From Anaeramoeba ignava BMAN (taxonomy: Eukaryota > Protista > Anaeramoebae), in assembly GCA_028826165.1 (NCBI GenBank), contig JAPDFW010000065.1, forward strand, positions 310,001 through 374,000: a stretch of DNA of 64,000 nucleotides, in the 5' to 3' direction. This document shows, piece after piece, positions 13,406 through 27,696 of this stretch (its first letter is position 1; each line of letters starts with the position of its first letter). A program made the position numbers and the translations under genes. A model generated the notes under the pieces. The model was given only the letters and a program-made list of their open reading frames with translations. It was not told the DNA's origin and did not search any database.

Positions 13406-14627
13406 ATGGAAATTAAATTGAAAAAAAGAGGATTATTTATTGTTATTGAAGGAATTGATAGATCAGGAAAATCAACACAATGCCAAAAAATTTATGAATA
13501 TTTAATTAAAAAAAATGAAAAAATTGAACAATGGAAATATCCAGATAGAAATGGAGATATTGGAAAATTAATTGATAATTATTTAAAAAATCAAAGTGAA
13601 AAAAGTGATCAAGCAATTCATTTATTATTCTCAGCAGATAGATGGGAAAAAAAGTTAATTTCAATATCAAATACAATTATAAATATAAATATAAATATAA
13701 ATATAAATATAAATATAAATATAAATATAAATATAAATATAAATATAAATATAAATATAAATATAAATATAAATATAAATATAAATATAAATATAAATAT
13801 AAATATAAATATAAATATAAATATAAATATAAATATAAATATAAATATAAATATAATTATAATATAAACATAAACATAAATATAAATATAAATATAAATA
13901 TAAACTAAATATAAATATAAATATAAATATAAATATAAATATAAATATAAATATAAATATAAATATAAATATAAATATAAATATAAATATAAATATAAAT
14001 ATAAATATAAATATAAATATAAATATAAATATAAATATAAATATAAATATAAATATAAATATAAATATAAATATAAATATAAATATAAATATAAATATAA
14101 ATATAAAATTAAAATTAAAATTATTTTGTTTTTTCAAAATTTAGTAAACTTCTTCAAAATAAATTAGAAAGTGGAATTAATATTGTTTGTGATAGATATG
14201 CATTTTCTGGAGTAGCATATTCTTCAGCAAAAGGATTAGATTTAGAATGGTGTAAATCAACAGATTCTGGATTAATTTCACCAGATGTTGTTATTTATTT
14301 AGATTTAGATCCAAAAGAAGCACAAAATAGAAGTTCTTATGGAGAAGAAAGATATGAAAAATTAACATTTCAATCTCAAGTTTCAAAACAATTTGATAAA
14401 TTAAAAGATGATTTATGGAAAGTAATTTTTTTGACACTTTTTTTTTCATCTTTTTTTTTAATTTAATTTTGATTTGTTTTAATTTATTTTTTTAGGTTAT
14501 TGATTCTAATAATAATAATGTTGAATCTACTTTTAAAGAAATTCAAATTAAAATTGATGAATTATTAAAGAAAAGAGAAGAAGAAAAAGATTTAGAAATT
14601 AAAAAACTTTGGATTAAAAAAGATTAA
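13406..14627 (+). CDS. DTYMK: Thymidylate (dTMP) kinase
   Basis: Exons 13406-13653, 14145-14420 and 14496-14627. P-loop [32 protein letters not shown] and GEERYE are present. Confidence 0.93.
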
Positions 14628-14746
14628 AAAAAATTATTAATTATTTCTTTTTTTAATTTTTTAATTTTTTAAAATGAGAAAAAATTAAATTAAAATTTTT
14701 TTTCATTTTTTTTTTTCATTTTTTTTTTTTTAAAATAATTTTTATA

Positions 14747-17680
14747 ATGAGTAAACCAGATAGTAAAGAACTTGAAGCACTTCTTAAACTTCCTGAAAAC
14801 AGATATTGTGCAGATTGTAAAACACCTGGTAATTAAATTAAATTGAAATTAAATTGAATAAATAAAACGTTTTTTAATTTATTTTCAAAATTAAAAAATA
14901 ATTTGAAATAATGATAAATATTTTTTTTTTTCATCAAATCAATAAAAAACCAAAAAAAAATTAAAAAAAATTAAATTTAAATTTATAAATTGATCAAAAG
15001 TTTAATTTATTTAAAATTAAATTTAAAATTAATTCAAAAACATGAAATAAATCAATTTAATTTAACAACACAAAAATTCATTTTGAAAATTAAAATTAAA
15101 ATTAAAATTAAAATTAAAATTAAAATTCATTTATAAAATTAAAATTAAAATTAAAATTTATAAAATTAAAATTAAAATTAAAATTAAAATTAAAAATTAA
15201 AATTAAAATTAAAATTAAAATTAAAATTAAAATTAAAATTAAAATTAAAATTAAAATTAAAAATTAAATAAAAATTAAAATTAAAATTAAAATTAAAATT
15301 AAAATTAAAATTAAAATTAAAATTAAAATTAAAAAAATTAAAATTAAAATTAAAATTAAAATTAAAATTAAAATTAAAATTAAAATTAAAATTAAAAATT
15401 AAAATTAAAATTAAAAATTAAAATTAAAATTAAAATTAAAATTAAAATTAAAATTAAAATTAAAATTAAAATTAAAATTAAAATTAAAATTAAAATTAAA
15501 ATTAAAATTATAATTAAAATTAAAATTAAAATCAAAAATTAAAATTAAAATTAAAATTAAAATTAAAAATTAAAATTAAAATTAAAATTTAAAATTAAAA
15601 TTAAAATTAAAATTAAAATTAAAATTAAAATTAAAATTAAAATTAAAATTTAAAATTAAAATTAAAATTAAAATTAAAATTAAAATTAAAATTTAAAATT
15701 AAAAATAAAAATTAAAATTTTTAAAAATTTAAAATTAAAATTAAAATTAAAATTAAAATTAAAATTAAAATTAAAATTAAAATTAAAATTAAAATTAAAA
15801 TTAAAATCAAAATTAAAATTAAAATTAAAATTAAAATTAAAATTAAAATTAAAATTAAAATTAAAATTAAAATTGAAATAAAAAAATAAAAGGACCAAGA
15901 TGGGCGAGTGTTAATTTAGGGATATTTGTATGTATAAATTGTAGTGGAATACATAGAGCGATGGGAGTACACATATCACAAGTAAGATCAGTAACATTAG
16001 ATACATGGACACGTGAACAATACGATACAGCAAAGAGCATAGGAAATGAGAAAGCAAATGAATACTGGGAAGCAAAGTTGCCTTCAGGGTTTAAAAGACC
16101 TAATTCTTCTGATATGTTTAGTTTGGAAAAATTTATTAGAGATAAATATGAAAGAAAACTTTATATTCAAAAAAAAAAGAAAAATAGACCTAAAAAGAAA
16201 ATTCATACAAGAAAATCTCCTTCTAAAGTTTCAGACTCAAAAAAATCTCAAAAACCAAAAAAGAAAATTGTTCTTAAAAAACCTGTTTCAAATCAAGAAA
16301 CTAATGATAAAATTCAAAATCAAAAAGAAACTTTGTAATTTTTATATTTATATTTATATTTATATTTAAAATTTGATTTAATATTAAATTTTTAATATTG
16401 TTTTATATTTATGTTTATATTTATTTTTTTTTTAAATTTATTTTTGAAAAATATTTATTAATTTAAAAGGGTAAATTTTAAAGATAATTCTCAAGAAAGA
16501 TCAAATAGTACTCAACCAAATAATACATTTAATTTAATGGTAAAAAAAATATAATTTAAAAGAAAATTAAAATTAATTTTAAAATTAAATTTTTAAAAAA
16601 AAACAAAATAGAATGAATTTACTGATTTATCAATGAATCATGGTTTGAAATTAAAATTAAAATTCATTTATAAAATTAAAATTAAAATTAAAATTAAAAT
16701 TAAAATTAAAATTAAAATTAAAATTAAAATTAAAATTTAAATTAAAATTAAAATTAAAATTAAAATTAAAATTAAAATTAAAATTAAAATTAAAATTAAA
16801 ATTAAAATTAAAATTAAAATTAAAATTAAAATTAAAATTAAAATTAAAATTAAAATTAAAATTAAAATTAAAATTTAAATTAAAATTAAATTTAAAATTA
16901 AAATTAAAATTAAAATTCATTTGAAATTAAAATTTTGAAAATTAAAAAAATTCATTTTAAATTGTATTTATTAGCACAAAGAAGATCAGAACCAAATATA
17001 TCACAACTTAAATCACAACAAAATTCAATGCAAAACAATGCAGATTCATTAATTCTATTAGAACCTACACAACCAACTTTTGGAGTAAATCAACAAAATA
17101 ATCAAAAGAAAAATTTAATTCTCTCAATGTTTGATTCACCGAATAAGTTCCCAACAACACAACCTATAATGAATCAACAAAGTGCAAATCGAGTAACAAG
17201 AAGCAAGAAAAAAAACCAGTCAAAATCAAAGACAAAAACGAAAAAAAACTTAAATCAAGGAATTGGATTTGGAAATGGAAATATTGATTTTCAAAATTCA
17301 GGCTTTAATTCAGGTTTTGGAAACTCAAATCAAGGTTTCAATTCAGGTTTTGGATTCAACAACTCTTTTGGGAATCAATCTAATAACTTTGGTGGTAATT
17401 TTGGTGGTAATTCTGGTTTTAATTCTGGTTTCAATTCTGGTTATAATACCTCTTTTGCAAACAATAATTCAAATTTTACTTCAAATAATACTTCTGCTTT
17501 TGATGATATTGCGTTTGGAAATAATTCATTTGGAAACAATATGGTTAATTCTTCTAACTATTTTAATAATTCAAATAAAACTAAAGTATTTAAAAAATAT
17601 TCAAATTAAATATTTAAATTAAAAATTTAAATTAATTTTTTATTTATTTTTTTATTTAGAATTCTGATTTATTACTTTAA
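14747..17680 (+). CDS. ArfGAP, SMAP-like
   Basis: LPENRYCADCKTP|GPRWASVNLGIFVCINCSGIHRAMGVHISQVRSVTLDTW is the CxxC..CxxC zinc finger with the catalytic Arg. The low-complexity FG/N tail is followed by a final exon (17660-17680) encoding NSDLLL*. Intron 1 is a ~1.06 kb (TAAAAT)n array. Confidence 0.9.
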
Positions 17681-17860
17681 AAAAAAACAAAAATAACAAA
17701 ATAGAGGAAATTTCTTTTTAAATAAGAAAATAAGAAAATGGAAACAAATTATTGTTTTTTTTCCTTTTAAATTTTTTCTCCTCTTTCTTTTCAAAACAAA
17801 TTTTTAAAATTTAAAAAAATTAAAAATTCATTTTTTTCTTTTCATTTTTTTTTTAATAAA

Positions 17861-19650
17861 ATGATTTTAAAAGAATTATTTTTATTTATTTTTTATTGTT
17901 TTATTAATATTTTTAAAGATATTTTATTATTCTTAATAAATTTAATTATACCAAATGGAATTTTTATAAAGATTTTTATGATGAAAACGAAAAAAAAACA
18001 TGAAAAAGAAATAAAAGAAATACAAAAAAAAATAAGAAGAAAAACAAAAGAAAAAACAAATTCAAAAATTGTACTTGGAAGATCAAAAGGAAAATCACAC
18101 ATTACTAGAGAAGATAAATATAAGGAAGAGCATAATAAAATTGATATATCCAAATTAGACAAGATAATTAGTATTGATATTAAAGAAAAAACGATTATTG
18201 TTGAACCAAGAGTGACGATGGAAAAAATAGTGAGATTCACTAAATATTATAATTTGATTCCAAAAGTAATTCCTGAATTTAAAGGAATCACAGTAGGAGG
18301 AGCAATTCAAGGAAGTGGAATAGAAAGTTCTTCATTTAAATATGGGTTATTTGATAGGAGTGTTATTGAAATGGAATGTGTTTTAGGAAATGGAGATTGT
18401 GTTAATGCTTCTCCTTATATTAATTCAGATTTATTTTATTCTATTTCTGGAAGTCATGGTTCTTTTGCTATTTTAACTCTTGTTAAACTTGAGTTGGTTG
18501 ATTATTATCCTTATGTTAAAATTCGTTATTCTAAGTTTGATACTATTGATCATGGTATTTCTGCTTTGAAAAAAGTTTGTAATGATTCTTCTGTTGATTA
18601 TGTTGATGCTATTGTTTTTGGTGAACGTAATTTTGTTTTGATGCATGGAGAATTTTTAAAAGATTCAAACAAAACAAATATTTCAAACAAAATGAAAAAT
18701 TCAAATATTCCAAAAATATTCAAAAAATATTCCAAAAAATATTCAAAAAAATATTCAAAAAAATATTCAAAAAAATATTCCAAAAAATATTCAAAAAAAT
18801 ATAAAAGTTACTTGCTCAACTAAATATTTTTGGAATAAATGGTTTTTCCAACATATTATCCAAAAAACTACTCAAAAATGGTCAAATTATCATTATAAAA
18901 ATAATAATATATTTTTCAATGATATTTACTCAGACATAATGAGAACTGAAGATTACTTGTTTCGTTATGATAGATGTGCTTTTTGGGCTGGAATAATTGT
19001 CAACTGGAATAGTTTTCTTTTTAGATTTCTTTTTGGTTGGTTTCATTCAAGTACAAATTTATTTAGAATGAGAAAAATATGGAAAATTGAAGATATGGAA
19101 AAAAAAGGAATTTGTCAAGATTATTTGATTCCAATTTCGAATTCTAAAATATTCATTGAAAAAGTGATTCAAAAAGTATATATTTTCCCAATTTGGATTT
19201 GTCCAACAAAAGCAATTAAATATAAAGATATTGATAATAAAATGATTCCTTATTCTACTTTCACATTAACTGAACCAAATTATTTAATGAAAGAAAATCC
19301 AAAACAAGAATTCAATTCTAATTCTAATTCTAATTCTAATTCTGATTTTTAATACTGATTTTAATATTAATGATGATTTTTATTATTTAGATATTGGTGT
19401 TTATGGTGTTTCAAGATCAAAAGAAATTCTTTCTAAATTTAAACAAAAATTTTTTAAATTTGATAAATTTTTTGAAAATCTTACTTTTAATTTAGGAGGT
19501 AAAAAAAGTTTATATTCTACAAGTTATTATTCTTATGAACAATTTTGGAATGTTTATGATAAAAAAATATATGATGAAATACGAAAGAAATTTTATGGAG
19601 AAGTATTTGTTGATTTATATAAAAAATTAGGAAATTTTTTTAATAAATAA
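17861..19650 (+). CDS. FAD-linked oxidoreductase, Delta(24)-sterol reductase (DHCR24/DWF1)-like
   Basis: VEPRVTMEKIV..IPEFKGITVGGAIQGSGIESSSFKYGLF..DYLFRYDR..QDYLIP..PIWICP..DIGVYG. Frameshifts near 18715 and 19350 fall inside repeats; no introns seen. Confidence 0.8.
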
Positions 19651-19870
19651 AATTAAAAAAAATAAAAATAAATTTGTTTTTGTTTTTGTTTTTGAACTAC
19701 TGATTGTTTTTTATTGAAAAAAGAAAAGAAAAGAAAAGAAAAGAAGAAAAAAAAAGAAAGAAAAATTTCTTCTTTTTTTGATTTTTTTTGGAATTAGGGA
19801 AAATTAATTGGATTGAATTAGTAAAAAAAAAATTAAATTTTAAAAATGTTAAATGAAAAAGAAAATGAAT

Positions 19871-22692
19871 TTAAAGAGGGATATTTCCGTGTTTTTTCCA
19901 AGGATTATCTAATTTTTTGTTCTTCAAAACTTCCAAATCTTCACAAATTCTAGTTCTTGTAGTAGAAGGAATAATAACATCATCAATGAAGCCTCTCTTG
20001 CAAGCAGGAAGAGGATTACAGAGTTGTTCAGTATAGTCTGCTTCGGCTTTCTTAAGGTCTTGGCCTCTGAAGATGATTTCAACAGCACCTTTAGCGCCCA
20101 TAACAGCAATTTCACCAGTTGGCCATGAATAATTCATATCACCTCGCAAATGTTTACTGGACATAACACAGTATGCTCCTCCGTATGATTTACGCACACA
20201 GATGGCAATCTTTGGAACGGTTACTTCTGCATAGGCATAAATCAATTTGGCTCCGTTTGAAATGATTCCGTTCCATTCTTGATCTGTGCCGGGAAGAAAT
20301 CCGGGAACGTCAATAAGTGTTACAATTGGAATGTGGAATGCATCGCAGAAACGAACAAAACGAGCGCCTTTCTTTGATGCGTTGATATCAAGACACCCTG
20401 CGAGTTCCTTAGGTTGATTTGCTACAAAGGCGGTTGTTTTGCCTTCCATTCTTCCAAAACCGACGACGATATTTCGTGCGAAATCAGGCATGACTTCGAA
20501 AAAATGACTATCGTCTACTAATCGGTGAATGATATCTCTCATGTCGTATGGCTTGTTTGGATCAAGTGGAACAATAGTGTCTAAAATTGCGTCTTGTCGG
20601 AATCTTGAGTCTTCGGTGTATCTCACGGGAACTGACTCGCGATTTGACAGGGGAAGGAAATCGAAAAATTCTCTCACTTTCATTAATGTTTCAATATCAT
20701 TCTCATATGCAAAATGTGCTACTCCGCTTTTCATTGTGTGTGCTTTTGATCCGCCAAGTTCTTCTTGTGTAACATTTTCGTGGCAAACTGCTCTCACAAC
20801 ATCAGGTCCGGTGACAAACATGTAGGATGTGTTTTTCACCATGAATACAAAATCTGTGATTGCTGGTGAATATACTGCTCCTCCTGCACATGGTCCCATG
20901 ATTACTGATAATTGTGGTACTACTCCAGATGTACTCACGTTTCTTTGAAATACTTCTGCGTATCCTGCTAATGAATCTACTCCTTCGTGAATTCTGGCTC
21001 CGCCTGAATCGTTTAATCCAATTACTGGTGCTCCTACTAATACTGCTTTGTCCATGATTTTGCACATTTTTTTGGCGTGTTCTTCTGATAATGATCCTCC
21101 AAATACTGTGAAATCTTGTGAGAAGAGGTCTATTTAAAGATACAAAATAGATATTATTTTTTTAATATTTTTAATATTTTTAATATTTAATATTTAATAT
21201 TTATTATTTATTTAATATTTATTATTTATTATTTAATATTTAATATTTAATATTTAATATTTAATATTTATTATTTATTTAATATTTAATATTTATTTAT
21301 TTATTATTTATTTATTATTTAATATTTATTATTTATTATTTATTATTTAATATTTATTATTTAATATTTAATATTTATTATTTATTTAATATTTAATATT
21401 TAATATTTAATATTTATTATTTATTATTTATTATTTAATATTTATTATTTAATATTTAATATTTATTATTTATTTTATTTATTTATTTTTAATATTTAAT
21501 ATTTATTATTTAATATTTAATATTTATTATTTATTATTTTATTATTTTATTTAATATTTATTATTTAATATTTATTATTTAATATTTATTATTTATTTAA
21601 TATTTAATATTTAATATTTAATATTTAATATTTAATATTTATTATTTATTATTTATTATTTAATATTTAATATTTAATATTTAATATTTATTATTTAATA
21701 TTTATTATTTATTATTTATTATTTATTATTTAATATTTATTATTTATTATTTATTTAATATTTATTTATTATTTATTTAATATTTAATTTACATGCCAAT
21801 CTTCCGTTAATTAAACCATGTCCTGTGATAATTCCATCTCCTGGAATATGTTGTTTATCCATTCCAAATGATGTGCATCGATGTTCAACAAAGGCATCAT
21901 ATTCTCTGAAACTATCTTTATCAAGAAGAATATCAAGTCTTTCTCTTGCTGTTAATTTTCCTTTTTCATGTTGTTTATCAATTCTTTTTTTTCCTCCACC
22001 AACAAGAGTTTCAGCTATAAATTTTAATTTTAATTTTAATTTTAATTTTAATTTTTAAATGAATTTTAATTTTAAATTAATAATTTTAATTTTTTTAATT
22101 TTAATTTTAAAATTTTTTTAAATTTAATTTTAATAATTTTAATTTTAATTTTAATTTTAAATTTAATTTTAATTTTAATTTTAATTTTAATTTAATTTTA
22201 ATTTTAATTTTAATTTTAATTTTAATTTTAATTTTAATTTTAATTTTAATTTTAATTTTAATTTTAATTTTAATTTTAATTTTAATTTTAATTTTAATTT
22301 TAATTTTAATTTTAATTTTTAATTTTAATTTAATTTTAATTTTTAATTTTAATTTTAATTTTAATTTTAATTTTAAATTTAATTTTAATTTTAATTTTAA
22401 TTTTAATTTTAATTTTAATTTTAATTTTAATTTTAATTTTAATTTTAATTTTAATTTTAATTTTAATTTTTAATTTTAATTTTAATTTAATTTTAATTTT
22501 AATTTTAATTTTAATTTTAATTTTTTAAAACAAACCTCTAAGAGCTGGTAATTTGAATTTGAAATGAACTGGTTTTGGTGGTTCATCAACAAGTGATTGT
22601 TTTGAATTATGGAAAGATCTTGAAATTGGAGTGAAAAATACAAGATTTTTGACCAAAGAAGATTGTAATGGTTGTAATTTAAATGATTGCAT
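19871..22692 (-). CDS. PCCB: Propionyl-CoA carboxylase beta chain (carboxyltransferase) with putative organellar targeting peptide
   Basis: Exons 22692-22536, 22014-21793 and 21129-19871 give [74 protein letters not shown]. The N-terminus is [28 protein letters not shown]. Confidence 0.93.
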
Positions 22693-23289
22693 TCTTGCCT
22701 ATTTTTATTTATAATTAATATTTTTTATTTTATTTTTTTAATTTAATTATTTTATTATTTTATATTAAAAATGGAGATTAACATTGTATTTTTTATTTAT
22801 AAATAAAAAATAATTTTGTTTATTTTAATTTAGATTTTATTTTTTTAATTGGAATTTTATAATTTTAATTTGTTTTAATTTATAAAATTTGGTTTTTTTT
22901 TTTATGGTGAGTAAGAAAAAATGATGAAGCATTAAATTAAAACCAAAAAATAAAAGAAAGGAAAAAGAAATTAATTATTTTATTTATTTTAATTTATTTT
23001 TAATTATTTTTAACTTTACCTTTATAATTTTAATTTGATAAAAAATGAAATTAAAAAAATTAAAAAAAAATTTTTTTTTTCTTTTTTCTTTTTTCTTTAA
23101 TTTTTTTTATTTTTATTTATTTAATGATCAAATTTTAAAATAAAAAATTAAAAAAGGAAAAAGGAGAATTTAATTTTAATTTTTTAATTAAAATAAAAAC
23201 AAAAATTTATTTTTTCTCCTTTTTCTTTTTTCTTTTTTCTTCTTTTTTCTAAATCTTAAATTAAAATAAAATAAACATAATTTAATATC

Positions 23290-25490
23290 AAAAAAATAAA
23301 TTTATAAATAATTTATTTATTAATTATTATTAAAATTAATTTAAATTTATTAATAAAAAAAAGTGGAATAAAAAATATTTATTTAATTTATAAATAATTT
23401 ATTATTAAAAATTAATTTAAATTAATTAATAAAAAATGGAATAAAAATATTTAATAAATTTATAAATAATTTATTTATTAATTATTATTAAAATTAATTT
23501 AAATTTATTAATAAAAAAAGTGGAATAAAAATATTTAATTATTTTATAAATAATTTATTTATTAATTATTATTAAAATTAATTTAAATTAATTAATAAAA
23601 AGTGGAATAAAAATATTTAATTAATTTATAAATAATTTATTTATTAATTATTATTTAAATTAATTTAAATTAATTAATAAAAAAGTGGAATAAAAATATT
23701 TAATTAATTTATAAATAATTTATTTATTAATTATTATTAAAATTAATTTAAATTTATTAATAAAAAAGTGGAATAAAAAATATTTAATAAATTTATAAAT
23801 AATTTATTTATTATTTATTATTAATATTAATTTAAATTTATTAATAAAAAAAGTGGAATAAAAATATTTAATAAATTTATAAATAATTTATTTATTATTT
23901 ATTATTAAAATTAATTTAAATTTATTAATAAAAAAGTGGAATAAAAATAATTAATTAATTTATAAATAATTTATTTATTAATTATTATTAAAATTAATTT
24001 AAATTTATTAATAAAAAGTGGAATAAAAATAATTTATTTATTAATTATTAAAATTAATTTAAATTAATTAATAAAAAAGTGGAATAAAAATATTTAATTA
24101 TTTTATAAATAATTTATTTATTAATTATTATTAAAATTAATTTAAATTTATTAATAAAAAGTGGAATAAAAATATTTAATAAATTTAAAATTAATTTATT
24201 TATTAATTATTATTAAAATTAATTTAAATTAATTTGGAATAAAATTATTTAATTAATTTATAAATAATTTATTTATTAATTAAAATTAATTTAAATTTAT
24301 TAATAAAAAGTGGAATAAAAATATTTAATTAATTTATAAATAATTTATTTATTATTTATTATTAAATTTAATTTAAATTTATTAATAAAAAGTGGAATAA
24401 AAATATTTAATTAATTTATAAATAATTTATTTATTATTTATTATTAAAATTAATTTAAATTTATTAATAAAAAAAGTGGAATAAAAATATTTAATTAATT
24501 TATAAATAATTTATTTATTAATTATTATTAAAATTAATTTAAATTTATTAATAGTGGAATAAAAATATTTAATAAATTTAAAATTAATTTATTTATTAAT
24601 TATTATTAAAATTAATTTAAATTAATTAATAAAAAGTGGAATAAAAATATTTAATTAATTTATAAATAATTTATTTATTAATTATTATTAAAATTAATTT
24701 AAATTTATTAGTGGAATAAAAATAATTAATTAATTTATAAATAATTTATTTATTATTTATTATTAAAATTAATTTAAATTTATTAATAAAAAGTGGAATA
24801 AAAATATTTAATTAATTTATAAATAATTTATTTATTAATTATTATTAAAATTAATTTAAATTTATTAATAAAAAGTGGAATAAAAATATTTAATTAATTT
24901 ATTTATTAATTATTATTAATATTAATTTAAATTTATTAATAAAAAAAGTGGAATAAAAATATTTAATTAATTTATAAATAATTTATTTATTAATTATTAT
25001 TAAAATTAATTTAAATTTATTAATAAAAAAAGTGGAATAAAAATATTTAATTAATTTATAAATAATTTATTTATTAATTATTATTAAAATTAATTTAAAT
25101 TTATTAATAAAAAAAAGTGGAATAAAAAATATTTAATTAATTTATAAATAATTTATTTATTAATTATTATTAAAATTAATTTAAATTTATTAATAAAAAA
25201 AGTGGAATAAAAAATATTTAATAAATTTATAAATAATTTATTTATTAATTATTATTAAAATTAATTTAAATTTATTAATAAAAAAAAGTGGAATAAAAAA
25301 TATTTAATTAATTTATAAATAATTTATTTATTAATTATTATTAATATTAATTTAAATTAATTAATAAAAAAAAGTGGAATAAAAAATATTTAATTATTTT
25401 ATAAATAATTTATTTATTAATTATTATTAAAATTAATTTAAATTTATTAATAAAAAAAGTGGAATAAAAAATATTTAATTATTTTAATTT
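23290..25490. repeat. Tandem satellite, ~83-bp unit, ~27 copies, core AAAAGTGGAATAAAAA
   Basis: GTGGAA recurs about every 82-86 bp (e.g. 23520, 23602, 23685, 23768) in otherwise A/T-only sequence. Confidence 0.92.
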
Positions 25491-25570
25491 AAATTATTAA
25501 AAAATATTTCAAAAAAAAATTGTTTTTTGTGTTTGATTTTATTCCTTTCAAAACTTCTTCCTTAATTTTT

Positions 25571-27696
25571 TTAAAAAAAAATCAAAAGAAATCCAAAAAT
25601 CAAAATTGAAAAAATATTGTTCTGATAACTAGATGATGGTGTTGGTTCTGGTTCAGTTATTTCAAGTTCAACAAAAGGAACAGGAAATTGAGAATATCCC
25701 ACAAAATATCCCTTATAGGTTGTATTATCAAATTCTGCAACTAAATGACCAAAATACTTTTCAAATGATGAAGCCCAAACAATAGTATTAGAACTTGCTT
25801 CAATTTGAAAAACTTTTGTATAATAACTTCCAGTTGATGAATTGTAAGCACTCTTAAAGAAAAATACCCATGTATCTGTTGATTCAATAAGAGAATTATC
25901 CAAATCTTGTAATTCTTCAATATCTAAACAATCAATAATTGTCATATTTCCTAATCCAATTCTACAAATTTGTGCGCATTGTGCATCTTTTTATATTATA
26001 ATAATTATTATTATTCATAGTAGCAACTCCTGATCCAAAATAAATGTATTGATGCTTTTCATCAATAAGCCATGTCTCAATATAATAATCTTGCAAATTA
26101 ATTGAATCAATCACACTAAAATTGGATAAACTAATCTTATTAATAATAAAAGATCCAGATCCAAGTTCATAAACCTTTACATAAAGATTTTGTGTTGAAT
26201 AATCAATAAAAATTTCATACAAACCAATCCCATTTAAAACCAAAGTATCTACAATCTCTAAATCAGGACAACTTATTTTAAGAACAGAAATTTTAGAATA
26301 AGTATAATTATCAAAATTAACATAAAGTATTTTGTTGACTTCATCAAATTCAGTTAATTTTGTAGATCCAAGTGTATATAAATCTTTTATTCCATCAATA
26401 GAAAAATTTGATAATCTCAATTTAAGAATTCTCACTCCTAAAGTATCAAAAAATAAATAAGCAAATCCATCTGCTACATCAATCTCTCCATTATAAATAG
26501 ATTGACTTATTCCTGTTGGCAAATAATCAACAAGCTCAAAAGATGTAAGATTCACTTTAGCAATCAATTTGGAATTCTGATTGAAAACAATATAGGACAT
26601 TTGATTCACTTCATCAATTAAAATCAATCCTGGATCTGAATAATCCCTAAGACTAAGCTGATCTTCTTGAGAAAATGATAACAAATCAATTTCAGTAATT
26701 GAGGAATCATTTAATCCAATAAATCCTTTTTGTGTATTGAAATCAAAAGAAATTGAAAATGATTCTAATGATTCAAAGCTTATTGTTTCAATTATTGTAA
26801 AAGTTGTTAAATTAATTTTCAAAAGAAATCCTGATTGACTCAAAAAATAAGCAACTCCTTTCTCTTCATCAATTCCTGCCCCCATAGTATAGTTTTGACT
26901 TGAATTACAAGTTATTGAATCCACTCTTGTAAAATCTGTTAAATTGATTTTGATAATTTGCATTGATGAATTATAAGTTCCAATATACATAAAATTATTC
27001 AAAGTATCAATAACTCCAGAATAAGGATTTGAATCAAGTGTTGTTTGTAAACTAAGAGTATCATTTTGAGTGAAATTTGATAAATCAATTTTATAAATTG
27101 TTGGATTATCTCCTGAAACTGAATCTGTTGTAACATAAAGAATCCCTTTTTCAACATCAATCAAAGAACTCCAAGCAATATTTACTGAAATTGATAAGTT
27201 TTTTTCTTCAGTAAAACTTGACAAATCAATTTTAACAATAGAAAAATTTGTATCATAATTAACAGAAAAATAAGCTTTTTGATTAACAATATCAATTTGA
27301 GCTGTAACAGAACCTTCTCCATTTGTTGATAAAGTGAGAGTATCAACAACTTCAAATGTATCTAAATCAACTTTAACAATTTTGTTTGGTGATCCTTCAT
27401 TTCCAAAATAAGCTAATTTATTAATTTTATCAATAATTCCACATTTGATATTTTTAACCCCCAAATCAATTGCATTAATGTATTTAAGTTCTGTTGAATT
27501 AAACTTCAAAAGATAAGAATTCGAACTTTGGGGGGAATCAACAAAATAAACTAATCCAAGATCTTCATCAATTAGAGAAATTGAAGGATTATCTACTCCT
27601 ATTGGAAAATAGAAAAAATTAATTGGTTCAATTTCACTTTGAACTAAAAAAAGTAAATAAAGTAAATAAAAGAAAAGAAATTAAATTGATTTTCAT
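25571..27696 (-). CDS. Secreted/surface beta-propeller-like repeat protein with signal peptide and hydrophobic C-terminal (GPI-type) tail; two frameshifts
   Basis: Repeats resemble ID..K..AYF...IVK(V/I)DL..F...D.L.L. It begins MKINLISFLLFTLF and ends PEPTPSSSYQNNIFSILIFGFLLIFF. One-base shifts near 27650 and 25990 join ORFs 25962-27509 and 25571-25945. Confidence 0.65.

Noticed and set aside
23290-25490. CRISPR-like array
   Set aside because: The sequence between cores is repeated rather than unique spacers; the context is eukaryotic and there are no cas genes.
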